DNA from: an uncultured Acidobacteriota bacterium
GTDB taxonomy: Bacteria > Acidobacteriota > Thermoanaerobaculia > Multivoradales > UBA5704
Direction of reading: 5' to 3'
Length of the DNA stretch: 64,000 nt
Assembly: GCA_963770895.1 (NCBI GenBank)
Contig: CAVYRF010000002.1
Coordinates: 1,888,001-1,952,000, forward strand
Shown: in pieces, positions 17,135 to 27,100 of the stretch
Position numbering within the stretch: position 1 is the first letter of the stretch
Layout: the number at the start of each line of letters is the position of its first letter
Position numbers and translations under genes: made by a program
Notes under the pieces: generated by a model
Told to the model about the DNA's origin: nothing
What the model saw: the letters and a program-made list of their open reading frames with translations, nothing else
Database searches by the model: none

Positions 17135-19214
17135 ATCCGTATCAGGCGACGCCTGTCCCGCCAACGGCGCTACGCCCACGCCCAACCACGCAGGCAAGGG
17201 ACGTCATCGCGAGCGGCCCGGTGCTGCCCAGGGCTTAGTGGCGCAGGCACTGACGCGCCGCCATCGCCCACCGTTGGGCCTTGCGCTTTCGACCTTGCGG
17301 GCCATTATGGGATGGTCGCAAACGGCTCTTTCCAAGGCCAGCGGCGTCGCCACCAGCCAGATCTCGCAATACGAAAGTGGCGCAATACGCTTGACTCGCG
17401 CTCGCTTCAACGAATTCGGCGCGGTCATGGGTGCCAGGGAGGGACTTGGCGAGTGCGCAGTCGCGACCTGCGCGCTGTTGGCTGCCGTAGCTGCCCCGGC
17501 GGGCTCAGTGCCGCCAGGCGATCTGACCCATGACGAGCGGCAGCAAGTCGACGCGTTCGTATTAAACATGTTGCCTGCGTTGGCGGAACTTGTTCAGGAG
17601 CACGCCACCGCAACGATCATGATGCGGCGCGTCGACGTAGCGCAGCAGGAAGCTGAAGCACATTGGCACGCGCTGGCGACGCTCTCCCATCAGCAGCGGC
17701 GCCAACGATTGGAAACCGGTTTGCATCTACAAACCTGGGCCATGTGCCTACGCCTGTGCGACGCGAGCGTTGCCGCCGGCGCGCACGGCGCCGCAGAAGC
17801 CATGCAGCTTGCTGAGCTGGCCGTGCGCGCAGCGCAACTGGCGCGGGGTGACGCTGGCTGGCTGTTGCGCTTGCACGGCTACGCGCGCGGATTCCTTGCC
17901 AATGCGTTTCGGTTGAGAGGGGATCTTGCGGCGGCCGATGCAGAGTTCGCTGCGGCAACGCGCCAGTGGGAGGACGGGCATCAGCCCGCGGAATTCGCGC
18001 TGCCGGAATGGCGATTCCTCGACCTGGAATCGTCCCTCCGCCTTGCGCAAAGAAATGGGCCTGCCACAGTGACCCTGCTCGACCGAGCCATCGCCCTTGC
18101 TCCCGCAGGGCAAACTGGCCGGTTGCTGGTCAAGAAAGCGACGGCCTTACGGCTCGCCGGCCAGGTCGACGCTGCGCTCGTTGCATTGGACGCGGCGGCG
18201 CCCCTGGTCAAGTTGCGGCCAGACGTGCAGTGGATGGTGCAGTATCACCAGGTAGCGTGTTTGTGCCAGATCGGGCGCTACCGAGAGGCCGACGAGTGCC
18301 TGGAGAACGTGGGTGGTGCGCTTGTCGGTGAGTCGACTTTGGACATCCTCCGGCGAATGTGGCTCACGGCACGTGTGACCGCAGGTCAGGGCGATCCGCG
18401 ACAAGCGATCGCCGATCTGGAATGGGCGCATACGGAGCGCATGCAGTTCGCCGGTCGCTATGAGTTGGTCCTGGTGTCGATCGAGCTGGCGATTCTCTAT
18501 CTTGACGAAAGGGTGGGGGACTCGGAAAAGATTCATCGCTTGGTTCAAGATGCCTTGGAAATCGTCCAATCTCGATGGAGCTCGCGAGGCCTGACCACCA
18601 GCCTTGGCGACTTAAGTCAGTCAGCTGGGAAGCTACGTCAGCTTCACGAAGCCGTGGAGCTTCTGAGGGTGGAAAATTGGGTCTTCGAGCCCTTGACGGC
18701 GGGCGGTAGCCAGCGCATGGCGCACATCCCCCTTCTGGAACAGGCCGATACGGTTTCGATTCCCGACGAAATGAGCGTCCTGGTGCGCTTGGTGCGCGCA
18801 ATCCCTGGAATGAGCCAGGAGGGGATGGGCACCGCAGCGTCGATCGACCGCACTACGATCAGCCGCTACGAGACGGGCGACATGATTCCCTCGCGGGTGC
18901 ATCTCGGGCGCCTTGCCTCTGCTGCTGGTATCTCACTCCCGCTGTTGGAGGGTGTGCTGCTGCCGATGGTCCGCGTTGTGTGTGCCAGGAGGGCCTGTTT
19001 GCACAGACCCTGGTTGCTGGCGCAGCAAGCTGGTGAGGTGGCTGCTGCGTTCGATCGGCAATTGGTTGCCACCATGCGCGCAGCCGTCGCCACGTTTGCA
19101 GCGACTCTTCGGTGTCGTCCTGCTGTGGCTGCTCAACCTTGCCGGCCATCGGATGTACCGCCGTGCGACGCACAGCAGGCGCCGGCGCAAGGCGCGGGCG
19201 AGATGGCCAGATGA
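17121..19214 (+). CDS. XRE-HTH plus TPR-like plus second C-terminal HTH regulator (paralog D)
   Basis: HTH 'LRAIMGWSQTALSKASG..SQYESG'; 'QTWAMCLRLCDAS', 'EWRFLDLESSLR', 'SIELAILYLDE'; second HTH 'GMSQEGMGTAASIDRTTISRYETG'; start uncertain. Confidence 0.75.
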   Translation: MGAPESVSGDACPANGATPTPNHAGKGRHRERPGAAQGLVAQALTRRHRPPLGLALSTLRAIMGWSQTALSKASGVATSQISQYESGAIRLTRARFNEFGAVMGAREGLGECAVATCALLAAVAAPAGSVPPGDLTHDERQQVDAFVLNMLPALAELVQEHATATIMMRRVDVAQQEAEAHWHALATLSHQQRRQRLETGLHLQTWAMCLRLCDASVAAGAHGAAEAMQLAELAVRAAQLARGDAGWLLRLHGYARGFLANAFRLRGDLAAADAEFAAATRQWEDGHQPAEFALPEWRFLDLESSLRLAQRNGPATVTLLDRAIALAPAGQTGRLLVKKATALRLAGQVDAALVALDAAAPLVKLRPDVQWMVQYHQVACLCQIGRYREADECLENVGGALVGESTLDILRRMWLTARVTAGQGDPRQAIADLEWAHTERMQFAGRYELVLVSIELAILYLDERVGDSEKIHRLVQDALEIVQSRWSSRGLTTSLGDLSQSAGKLRQLHEAVELLRVENWVFEPLTAGGSQRMAHIPLLEQADTVSIPDEMSVLVRLVRAIPGMSQEGMGTAASIDRTTISRYETGDMIPSRVHLGRLASAAGISLPLLEGVLLPMVRVVCARRACLHRPWLLAQQAGEVAAAFDRQLVATMRAAVATFAATLRCRPAVAAQPCRPSDVPPCDAQQAPAQGAGEMAR

Positions 19215-19232
19215 CACGTGTGCGCAATTTGG

Positions 19233-22200
19233 TCAGGAGCGCGGCGGCGGGGTCGCGGCCGGCGGGCGCGCTGCCCGGACCGCCGTCAGCCGGTGCAAGC
19301 CTCGCGGCGCGTCGTTCCATTCGACCAGCAGCTGGTGGCGCTCCGCCGGCGCCAGCAGCGGCAGCTCCGCCAGCGGCCGGCCCGGCGCGGCGGCGCCGGC
19401 CCGCAGCAGGCTTTCGAGATGCGCCAGCAGGCGTGCCATGGTCGCGGCGTCGAACAGGTCCGTGCTGTACTCCAGGTAGAAGTCGACGCCGGCGCCGGCC
19501 TCGGAGGCGAACAGCGCCAGGTCGAACTTGGCGGACCCGGTGTCCGGCACCGCGGCGTTCCTGGTGGTGATGGCCAGGCCGGGAATCCCGGTGCCCGGGC
19601 GCGGAAAGTTCTGGAACGTGAACATCACCTGGCATAGCGGGTTGCGGCCGAGGTCGCGTTCCACCTGGAGTTTTTCGACCAGCATCTCGAACGGCAGGTC
19701 CTGGTGCGCGAAGGCGCCCAGCGCCACGTCCCGCACCCGGCCCACCAGCTCGCCGAAACCGGGGTCGCCGGCCAGGTCGGTGTGCATCACCACCACGTTG
19801 ACGAAAAAGCCGATCAGCGCTTCGGTTTCGCTGCGCCGGCGGTTGGCGACCGCCGAACCGACGACGATCCGCGTCTGGCCGCTGTAGCGGGACAGCAGCG
19901 CCTTCCAGCCGGCGAGCAGCACCATGTACAGGGTCGCCCCCTGTGCCCGCGCCAGCTCCCTGAGGCTGGCGACCAGGGATGCCGGGATCGTCAGCCGGGT
20001 CCCCCTGCCGCGAAACCTCTCCACGGCCGGCCGCGGGCGGTCGTGCGGCAGCTCGAGATCGGCCGGGGCCCCGGCCAGGTGGTGCAGCCAGTAGCCGAGC
20101 CGGTAAGCGAGCGCTTCCCCCTGCAACCAGCCGCGCTGCCAGACGGCGAAGTCGCCGTACTGGATCGGCAGCTCGGGCAGCGGCGAGGGCGCCCCCTGGG
20201 CAAACGCCTGGTACAGCGCGACCAGCTCGCGCTCGAAGACGCCGATCGACCAGCCGTCGCAGGCGACGTGATGCACGTTGAGCAGCAGCACGTGCCGCTC
20301 CGCCGCCAGGCGCAGAAACTGGGCGCGCACCATCGGTCCGCAAGCGAGATCGAACGGCCGCGCCGCCTCCTGCCGCGCCAGCCGCGCCACCTCGGCCGCG
20401 GCCGCCGCGGCCGGCAACGCTTCCAGGTCGACCCGCGGGACGTCGAGGCCCGCGGCCAGCACGACCTGGAGCGGCGCCCCCTGCGCTTCCCGGAAGACGG
20501 TGCGCAGCGCCTGGTGGCGGCGCACGATCTCGCGCAGCGCGGCGGCGAAGGCGGACAGGGAGATGGCTCCGGCCAGGTCGAAGGCGTGAAACATGTTGTA
20601 GAAGGGGTTGTCCGGCACCAGGCGATCCAGGAACCAGAGGCGCTGCTGGGCGAACGACAGCACCCGATCGCCGGGTTCCGCGAGCGGTACCAGGGGCGGC
20701 ACCGCGCCGACCCCGCCGCTGCCGCGGATCGCCTCCGCCATCGCCGCCAGGGTAGGCGCCTCGAACACCCGCTGCAGCGGCAGCTCGCTGCCGCAGGCGT
20801 CGCGGACCCGCGACACCAGCTGGGTGGCGAGCAGCGAGTGGCCGCCCAGCGCGAAGAAATCGTCGTCGATCGAGACCGCGGGCAGCTCGAGCAGGCTGCA
20901 CCAGATCGCCGCCAGCATCTCCTCCACGGCATCGCGCGGCGGCGTCAGCTCGCCGCCGGCCGCGTCCGTCGCATCGCCGGCGCCGACCGCCGCCAGGTCC
21001 GCCAGCGCCTGGCGGTCGATCTTGCCGTTCGCGGTCAGCGGCACCCCCCCCGGCAACACCCGGACCACCGGCACCATCGGCTCGGGGAGCCGGGCGCGCA
21101 GGGTGCGGGTGATGTGGGCGGCGTCGAGCTCGGCGTCCTGTTCGCCGGCCAGGTACGCCACCAGGCGGCGGTTGCCGCTCGGGTCCTCGCGCGCCTCCAC
21201 CACCGCCTGGCTCACCCCAGGCAGCTGTTCGAGCACCGCTTCGATCTCCGCCGGCTCGACGCGCATGCCGCGCACCTTGATCTGGCGGTCGCTGCGGCCC
21301 AGCAGCTCCAGGCTGCCGTCCGGCCGCCAGCGCGCCAGGTCGCCGGAGCGGTACAGCCGCTCGCCCGGCGCCGCGGCGTGGGGGTCCGGGACGAACCGCT
21401 CGGCGGTGAGCCTGGGCTGCCGCAGATAGCCGCGGGCCAGCGGCGGGCCGCCGATCGCGAGCTCGCCCGCCACCCCGATGGGCACCGGCTCGCGGCGGGC
21501 GTCCAGGACCTGGATGCGCGCGCCGGGCACCGGCCGGCCGATGGCGGGCAGCTGCGGCCAGTCGCGGCTGGCGCCTGCCAGGCGCAGCGCCGTCACCACG
21601 TGGCTTTCGCTGGGACCGTAGTGGTTGTGCAGCGTGCAGCCGGGCATGCGCGCCAGCCACTCGGCCACCGGCGGCGTGATGCGCAGCGTCTCGCCGGCGG
21701 CGACCACGTCGCGCAGCGCGCCGGCCGCCGGCGTGACGCGCCTGGCGGCCGCCGCCAGGGATTGCAGCGCCACCATCGGCAGGAAGATGCGCGCCACCTG
21801 CTCTTCGTCGATCAGGCGCAGCAGCCGCTCGGGGTCGCGCCGCACCTCCTCGGGAATCACCACCAGCTCGCCGCCGGAGCACAGGGTCGACAGGTCTTCC
21901 TGCAGCGAGACGTCGAAGCCGGGGGCGGCAAACTGCAGCGTCCTGGCGGCGCCGGGCAGCTGGCCCGGATGCCACCGCAGCAGGCAGTCGAGCGTGCGCC
22001 GAGGCAGCGCCACCCCCTTGGGAGCGCCGGTCGAGCCCGAGGTGTAGATGACGTAGGCCAGGCTCTCCGCCACGGCCGCCGCCGCGCCCTCCTCCTGCTC
22101 CGCCGCGGCCTCCTCCTCCGTGGGCTGATCGCCCGGCGGGTCGGACGCCGCCTCCTGGCGCCAGGTCTCCCAATCCACCTGCGGCCCCTGCTGCCAGTCC

Positions 22201-24164
22201 AGCTCCGCCATCGCCGCCTGGCGGCCGACCAGCACCGAGACGCCGGCGTCCGCCAGGATGAGCAGCAGGCGCTGGCGGGGGTGCAGCGGGTCCAGCGGCA
22301 CGTAGACGCCCCCGGCCGCCAGCACCGCGAGCAGGGCGGCGACCCTCTCCGGCGCGCGCTCCGCCAGCACCCCGACGCGCACGTCCGGCCCCACCCCGAG
22401 CCGGCGCAGGCGCCGGGCGAGCAGGCCGGCGCAGGTGGCGAGGTCGCCATAGGTCCAGCCGTCGCGGCCGCCACCGTCCAGCACGGTCAGCACGGTCAGC
22501 GCCGGCGCCTGCGGGTGCATCCGCACCTGCTGCCGGAAGCGCGCCAGCACGTCCTGGCCCTGCCCGCGGCCGGCCGGCGGGCTGGCGTCGGGCGTGTCGT
22601 TCCACTCCCACAGCAGCTGCGCCCGCTCCGCGTCGCCCAGCATCGGCAGCTCGCCGACGCTGGTTTCCGGGTCGGCGACGGCGGCCGCCAGCAGCGCCGT
22701 CAGATGCCCGAGCAGGCGCTCGATGGTGGCCCGCTCGAACAGGTCGGTGGCAAACTCGAGCCCGCCGGCCAGGCCGCCGTCCAGCTCGATGACGTCGAGC
22801 ATCAGGTCGAACTTGGCGACGCCCGGTTCGACGTCCAGCCGTGCGACGTTCAGGCCCGCCACCTCCAGGGCGGACCGGGTCGCGTTCTGCAGCACCAGCA
22901 TGACCTGGAAGAGGGGCGAGCGCCTGAGCTCGCGCCCCGGTTGCAGCTCCTCGACCAGGCGCTCGAAGGGCAGGTCCTGGTGCGCATAGGCGGCTTGCGC
23001 CGTGGCGCGCGCCTGGCCCAGCAGGACGCGGAACGGCGGCGCCGCGCGCAGGTCCAGGCGCAGCACCAGGGTGTTGGCGAAATAGCCGATCAGCCCCTCG
23101 ATCTCGGACCGCTTGCGGTTGGCGACCGGCGTACCGATCAGGACGTCGGGCTGCCCGCTGTGGCGGTAGAGCACGGTGCCGAAGATCGCCACCAGCGCCA
23201 TGAAGAGCGTCGCCCCCTCCGCCCTGGCCAGCGCGCGCAGACCGTCGACCGTCCGGGCCGGGATCCGCACCGGGTGGAAGCGGCCGCGATGACTTTCGAC
23301 CGGCGGCCGCGGGTGGTCGGCGGGCAGCTCCAGCGCCGGCGGGCTGCCGGCGAGCTGCTGCCGCCAGTAGCTCAGCTGGCCGGCCAGCCGCCCGTCCTCG
23401 AGCCACTGCCGCTGCCACTCGGCGTAGTCGGCGTACTGGATCGGCAGCTCGGCGAGCGGCGAAGGCCGGCCGGCGACGCCGGCGGCGTACAGGGTCGTCA
23501 CCTCGTGGACCAGGACGGCGCTCGACCAGCCGTCGAAGATGACGTGGTGCAGGGTGAGCAGGAACGCGTGCTCGCCGGCGCCCAGGCGCAGCAGGGTGCT
23601 GCGCATCAGCGGGCCCTTCGCCAGGTCGAAGGGGCGCCGGGCCTCGGTTTGCGCCAGGCGCCGGGCTTCCGCCCGCGAGCGGCCGGCGGCCAGGCCCGCC
23701 AGGTCGACCAGCCGCAGCCGGCTGGCCGCGCCGCTCGCGGCGACGACCTGCAGCGGCTTGCCGCCCTGCTGGGGAAAGGTGGTGCGCAACGTCTCATGCC
23801 GTCGCACGACCGCATCCAGCGCCCCGGCGAGCGCCGCAACCTCCAGCCGGCCGCTCAGCTGGAGCGCCACGACCACGTTGTAGAAGGCGCTGCCGCCGGC
23901 CAGCTGGTCGATCACCCACAGCCGCTGCTGTGCGTACGACAGCGGGGCAGGGCCCTTGCCGCGGCGGCGCGGGATGGTTTCCAGGTGATCGATGCGCAGC
24001 CCTTCGTCGCGCAGCCGCCCGGCCACCACGTCGCGCTGCGCGGCGGAGAGCGGGCGCAGCGGCTTCTGCCGCCGCGCCTTCGGAGGGGCGGCAGCCGCAA
24101 CCTTCACGGCGTCCGGGGCGTTGCCGCCGTCGCCCTGCTTGGCCATCGGTTGCCGTTCGTCCAT
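19233..24164 (-). CDS. NRPS C-A(Pro-like)-T-C, apparently truncated at the start of the next A domain
   Basis: HHVIFDGWS, YTSGSTGAPKG, NHYGPSE, GGHSLLA, HHVACDGWS; ends 'LLVEWNDAPRGLHRL' plus an unrelated tail; hand-read code about DVQFVAHVVK. Confidence 0.9.
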   Translation of the reverse strand: MDERQPMAKQGDGGNAPDAVKVAAAAPPKARRQKPLRPLSAAQRDVVAGRLRDEGLRIDHLETIPRRRGKGPAPLSYAQQRLWVIDQLAGGSAFYNVVVALQLSGRLEVAALAGALDAVVRRHETLRTTFPQQGGKPLQVVAASGAASRLRLVDLAGLAAGRSRAEARRLAQTEARRPFDLAKGPLMRSTLLRLGAGEHAFLLTLHHVIFDGWSSAVLVHEVTTLYAAGVAGRPSPLAELPIQYADYAEWQRQWLEDGRLAGQLSYWRQQLAGSPPALELPADHPRPPVESHRGRFHPVRIPARTVDGLRALARAEGATLFMALVAIFGTVLYRHSGQPDVLIGTPVANRKRSEIEGLIGYFANTLVLRLDLRAAPPFRVLLGQARATAQAAYAHQDLPFERLVEELQPGRELRRSPLFQVMLVLQNATRSALEVAGLNVARLDVEPGVAKFDLMLDVIELDGGLAGGLEFATDLFERATIERLLGHLTALLAAAVADPETSVGELPMLGDAERAQLLWEWNDTPDASPPAGRGQGQDVLARFRQQVRMHPQAPALTVLTVLDGGGRDGWTYGDLATCAGLLARRLRRLGVGPDVRVGVLAERAPERVAALLAVLAAGGVYVPLDPLHPRQRLLLILADAGVSVLVGRQAAMAELDWQQGPQVDWETWRQEAASDPPGDQPTEEEAAAEQEEGAAAAVAESLAYVIYTSGSTGAPKGVALPRRTLDCLLRWHPGQLPGAARTLQFAAPGFDVSLQEDLSTLCSGGELVVIPEEVRRDPERLLRLIDEEQVARIFLPMVALQSLAAAARRVTPAAGALRDVVAAGETLRITPPVAEWLARMPGCTLHNHYGPSESHVVTALRLAGASRDWPQLPAIGRPVPGARIQVLDARREPVPIGVAGELAIGGPPLARGYLRQPRLTAERFVPDPHAAAPGERLYRSGDLARWRPDGSLELLGRSDRQIKVRGMRVEPAEIEAVLEQLPGVSQAVVEAREDPSGNRRLVAYLAGEQDAELDAAHITRTLRARLPEPMVPVVRVLPGGVPLTANGKIDRQALADLAAVGAGDATDAAGGELTPPRDAVEEMLAAIWCSLLELPAVSIDDDFFALGGHSLLATQLVSRVRDACGSELPLQRVFEAPTLAAMAEAIRGSGGVGAVPPLVPLAEPGDRVLSFAQQRLWFLDRLVPDNPFYNMFHAFDLAGAISLSAFAAALREIVRRHQALRTVFREAQGAPLQVVLAAGLDVPRVDLEALPAAAAAAEVARLARQEAARPFDLACGPMVRAQFLRLAAERHVLLLNVHHVACDGWSIGVFERELVALYQAFAQGAPSPLPELPIQYGDFAVWQRGWLQGEALAYRLGYWLHHLAGAPADLELPHDRPRPAVERFRGRGTRLTIPASLVASLRELARAQGATLYMVLLAGWKALLSRYSGQTRIVVGSAVANRRRSETEALIGFFVNVVVMHTDLAGDPGFGELVGRVRDVALGAFAHQDLPFEMLVEKLQVERDLGRNPLCQVMFTFQNFPRPGTGIPGLAITTRNAAVPDTGSAKFDLALFASEAGAGVDFYLEYSTDLFDAATMARLLAHLESLLRAGAAAPGRPLAELPLLAPAERHQLLVEWNDAPRGLHRLTAVRAARPPAATPPPRS

Positions 24165-24171
24165 GCTGCCG

Positions 24172-27100
24172 CTATTCGGTGCCGTCGTCGGCTGCCTCGT
24201 CGACTTCGAGGAGGATCTGGGCGATGCGCTCGATCTCGCCGCGCGCCGGTCCGGCGAGGACGGCCAGGCGGGCCGCCTGCTGGGTCAGGGTGGGCGCCTC
24301 GAACAGCGTGCGCAGCGGCACCTCCAGAGGCAGCACCTCGGCCAGCCGGGTGACGACGCGGGTGGCGAGCAGCGAGTGGCCGCCCAGGTCGAAGAAGTCG
24401 TCGTGGGCCCCGACCTGCTCGACGCCCAGCACGTCGAGCCAGATGCCGGCAAGCAGATTTTCCAGCGGACCCTGGGGAGCGACGAAGGCCTCTTCGGTGC
24501 CGGCGCGCTCGGCGGGAGCGGGCAGCGCGGCGCGGTCGAGCTTGCCGTTGGGAGTCAGCGGCAGCGCCGCGATCACCATCACCGCGGCGGGCACCATGTA
24601 GCCGGGCAGGCTCTGCCGCAGGCTGTCCTTGAGCTCCGCGGCGGCGAAGGTCGCGTCCGCCGCCGGCACCACGTAGGCGACCAGGCGGCGCTCTCCGCGG
24701 CCGTCCGGCCGCGCCGTCACCACCGCCTCGCGCACTCCGGGCAGCCGGCGCAGGGTGGCCTCGATCTCGCCGACTTCGACCCGCAGGCCGCGGATCTTGA
24801 TCTGGTTGTCGAGGCGGCCGAGCAGCTCGACGGTGCCGTCGGCGAAGGTGCGCGCCAGGTCGCCGGTCTTGTAGAGCCGGTCGCCGGGCGTTCCCGCCAG
24901 CGCGTCGGGCACGAAGCGGGCGGCCGTCAGTCCGGCCTGCCTCAGGTAGCCCCAGCCCACGCCGGCGCCGCCCAGGTGCAGCTCGCCGACCACTCCGACC
25001 GGCACAGGCTCCAGCTCGGGGTCCAGCACGTAGGCGGTTTGATTGGCCATCGGCCGGCCGTAGGGAATGCTGCGCCATCCCGGCGCCACGTCGCCGACGC
25101 GGTAGATCACCGAATCCATCGACACTTCGGTCGCGCCCCCCAGGCTGATGACCTCGATCCCGGTGCCGTGCCGGCGCACCCGGTCGGGCATCGTCACCGG
25201 GATCCAGTCCCCTCCCAGCAGCACCAGGCGCAGCGGCGCCAGCGACTGCCCCGGGTGCACCGCCAGGTGGTCGAGCAGCATCTCCAGCATGGCCGGCACC
25301 GAGTGCCACAGGGTCACCCGGTGGCGCGCGATCAACTCCGCCCACGCCGCCGGCTCTCGCGCCTCCTCGGGCCCCGGCAGCACCACGGTGGCGCCGGCGG
25401 CCAGCACCCCGAGCAGGTCGTAGGCCGACATGTCGAAGCTCAGCGACGACAGGGCCAGCAGCCGGTCGCCGGGTCCGACCGCGAAGCGCCGGTTGAAATC
25501 GGTGAAATTGTTGACCCTGCCGCGATGGTCCAGCAGCACCGCCTTGGGCTGGCCGGTGGAGCCCGAGGTGAAGATGGCATAGATCAGGTCCGCGGGTCCG
25601 ACCCCGCCGCCCACGTCGCCCGCATCGCCCGCCGTCCCTGCCGCCGCCGGCATCTCGCCGGTCGGGTCCGCCGCCGCGCCGAGCACCACCGCGTGCGGCC
25701 CCAGACCGGCGAAGCGCGCCGCCAGGCTCTCTTCGGTGACCAGCACGCGCGTGGCGGTCTGCGCCAGCATGCCGGCCAGGCGCTGCTCCGGGTAGGCAGG
25801 GTCCAGCGGCAGGTAGGCGGCGCCGGCCTTGAGGATGCCGAGCAGCGCCACCGCCACCCGCGGCGAGCGGTCGAGCGCCACGCCGACCAGCTCGCCGCGC
25901 CGCACCCCCAACCCGGCCAGGTGGCGCGCCAGGCGATCGGCGCGCCGCGCAAGCTCGCCGTAGGCGAGCGTAGAGCCGGTGAAGACGACCGCCGGCGCCT
26001 CGGGCTGCCGCGCCGCCTGGGCCGCGAACAGGTGGTGCAGGCAGTCGTCGCCCGGCAGCGGCGCGGCGGTCTGGTTCCACTCCAGCACCGCCTGCTGCCG
26101 CTCCGCCGGGCCGAGCATCGGCAGCGCCGCGACCGGCCGGTCCAGGTCGGCGCCGCAGCGCGCCAGCAGCAGGGCGAAGTGGCCGAGCAGCCGCGCCACG
26201 GTGGCGCGGTCGAACAGGTCGGTGCTGTACTCCGCGTAGCCGGACAGGCCTCCCGCGTCCTCGGTCAGGTAGAGGGTGAGGTCGAACTGGGTGGTGCCGC
26301 GCTCCACGGCGACCCCCGAAAAGCGCAGCTCACCCGTGTCGACCGTCTGGGCCGGCACGTTGAGCAGCACCAGCATCACCTGCGCCAGCGCGCTATAGCT
26401 GGCGTCGCGCTCCGGGCGCAGGTGCTCGACCAGCGCCTCGAAGGGCAGATCCTGGTGCGCGTAGGCGTCCAGCACCGAGCGGCGGGTGTCGCGCAGCAGC
26501 TGGCGCACGGTGGGGTTGGCGGCAAAGTCCGCGCGCAGCAGCAGCATGTTGATGAAGCAGCCGATGAGCGGTTCGGTTTCGGCCCGCGAGCGGCTGCCGA
26601 TGCCGGTCGAGACGACCAGGTCGGGCTGGCCGCTGTAGCGGTGCAGCACGGTCTGGAGGTTGGCGAGGAGCGCCATGAACAGGGTCAGGCCCTCCGCCCG
26701 GCACAGGGCGCCGAGCGCCGCGCTGGCATCCGCCGCCAGCGCGAACGGCAGCTGGGCGCCGCGGAAGCTCTGCTGCGGCGGCCGCGGCCGGTCGGTGGGG
26801 AGGGTGAGGACCGGCGGGGCGTCGCGCAGGCGTTCGCGCCAGTAGGCCAGGTGCCCGGCGAGCGTCTCACCGGTCAGCGTTTCACGCTGCCACTGCGCGA
26901 AGTCGCCGAACTGGATCGGCAGCGGGGGGAGCGGCGAAGCGGCCCCGGCGGCGAAGGCGGCATACAGGTCCGCGACCTCGCGCAGGAAGATGCGCAGCGA
27001 CCACTCGTCGGCGGCGATGTGGTGCAGCACCGCGACGAACAGATGTCGCCGGCGCTCCAGCTGGAACAGGGCGGTGTGCAGCAAGGGGCCGCGCGCCAGG

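Noticed and set aside
11912-19214. Prophage or IS interpretation of the XRE genes
   Set aside because: No integrase, transposase, structural genes or terminal repeats seen
18859-23418. 1519-aa minus-strand ORF, also 26882..30643 and the 32043-34244 and 53967-55928 extensions
   Set aside because: Alternative frames over genes with clear catalytic motifs; high GC suppresses stop codons
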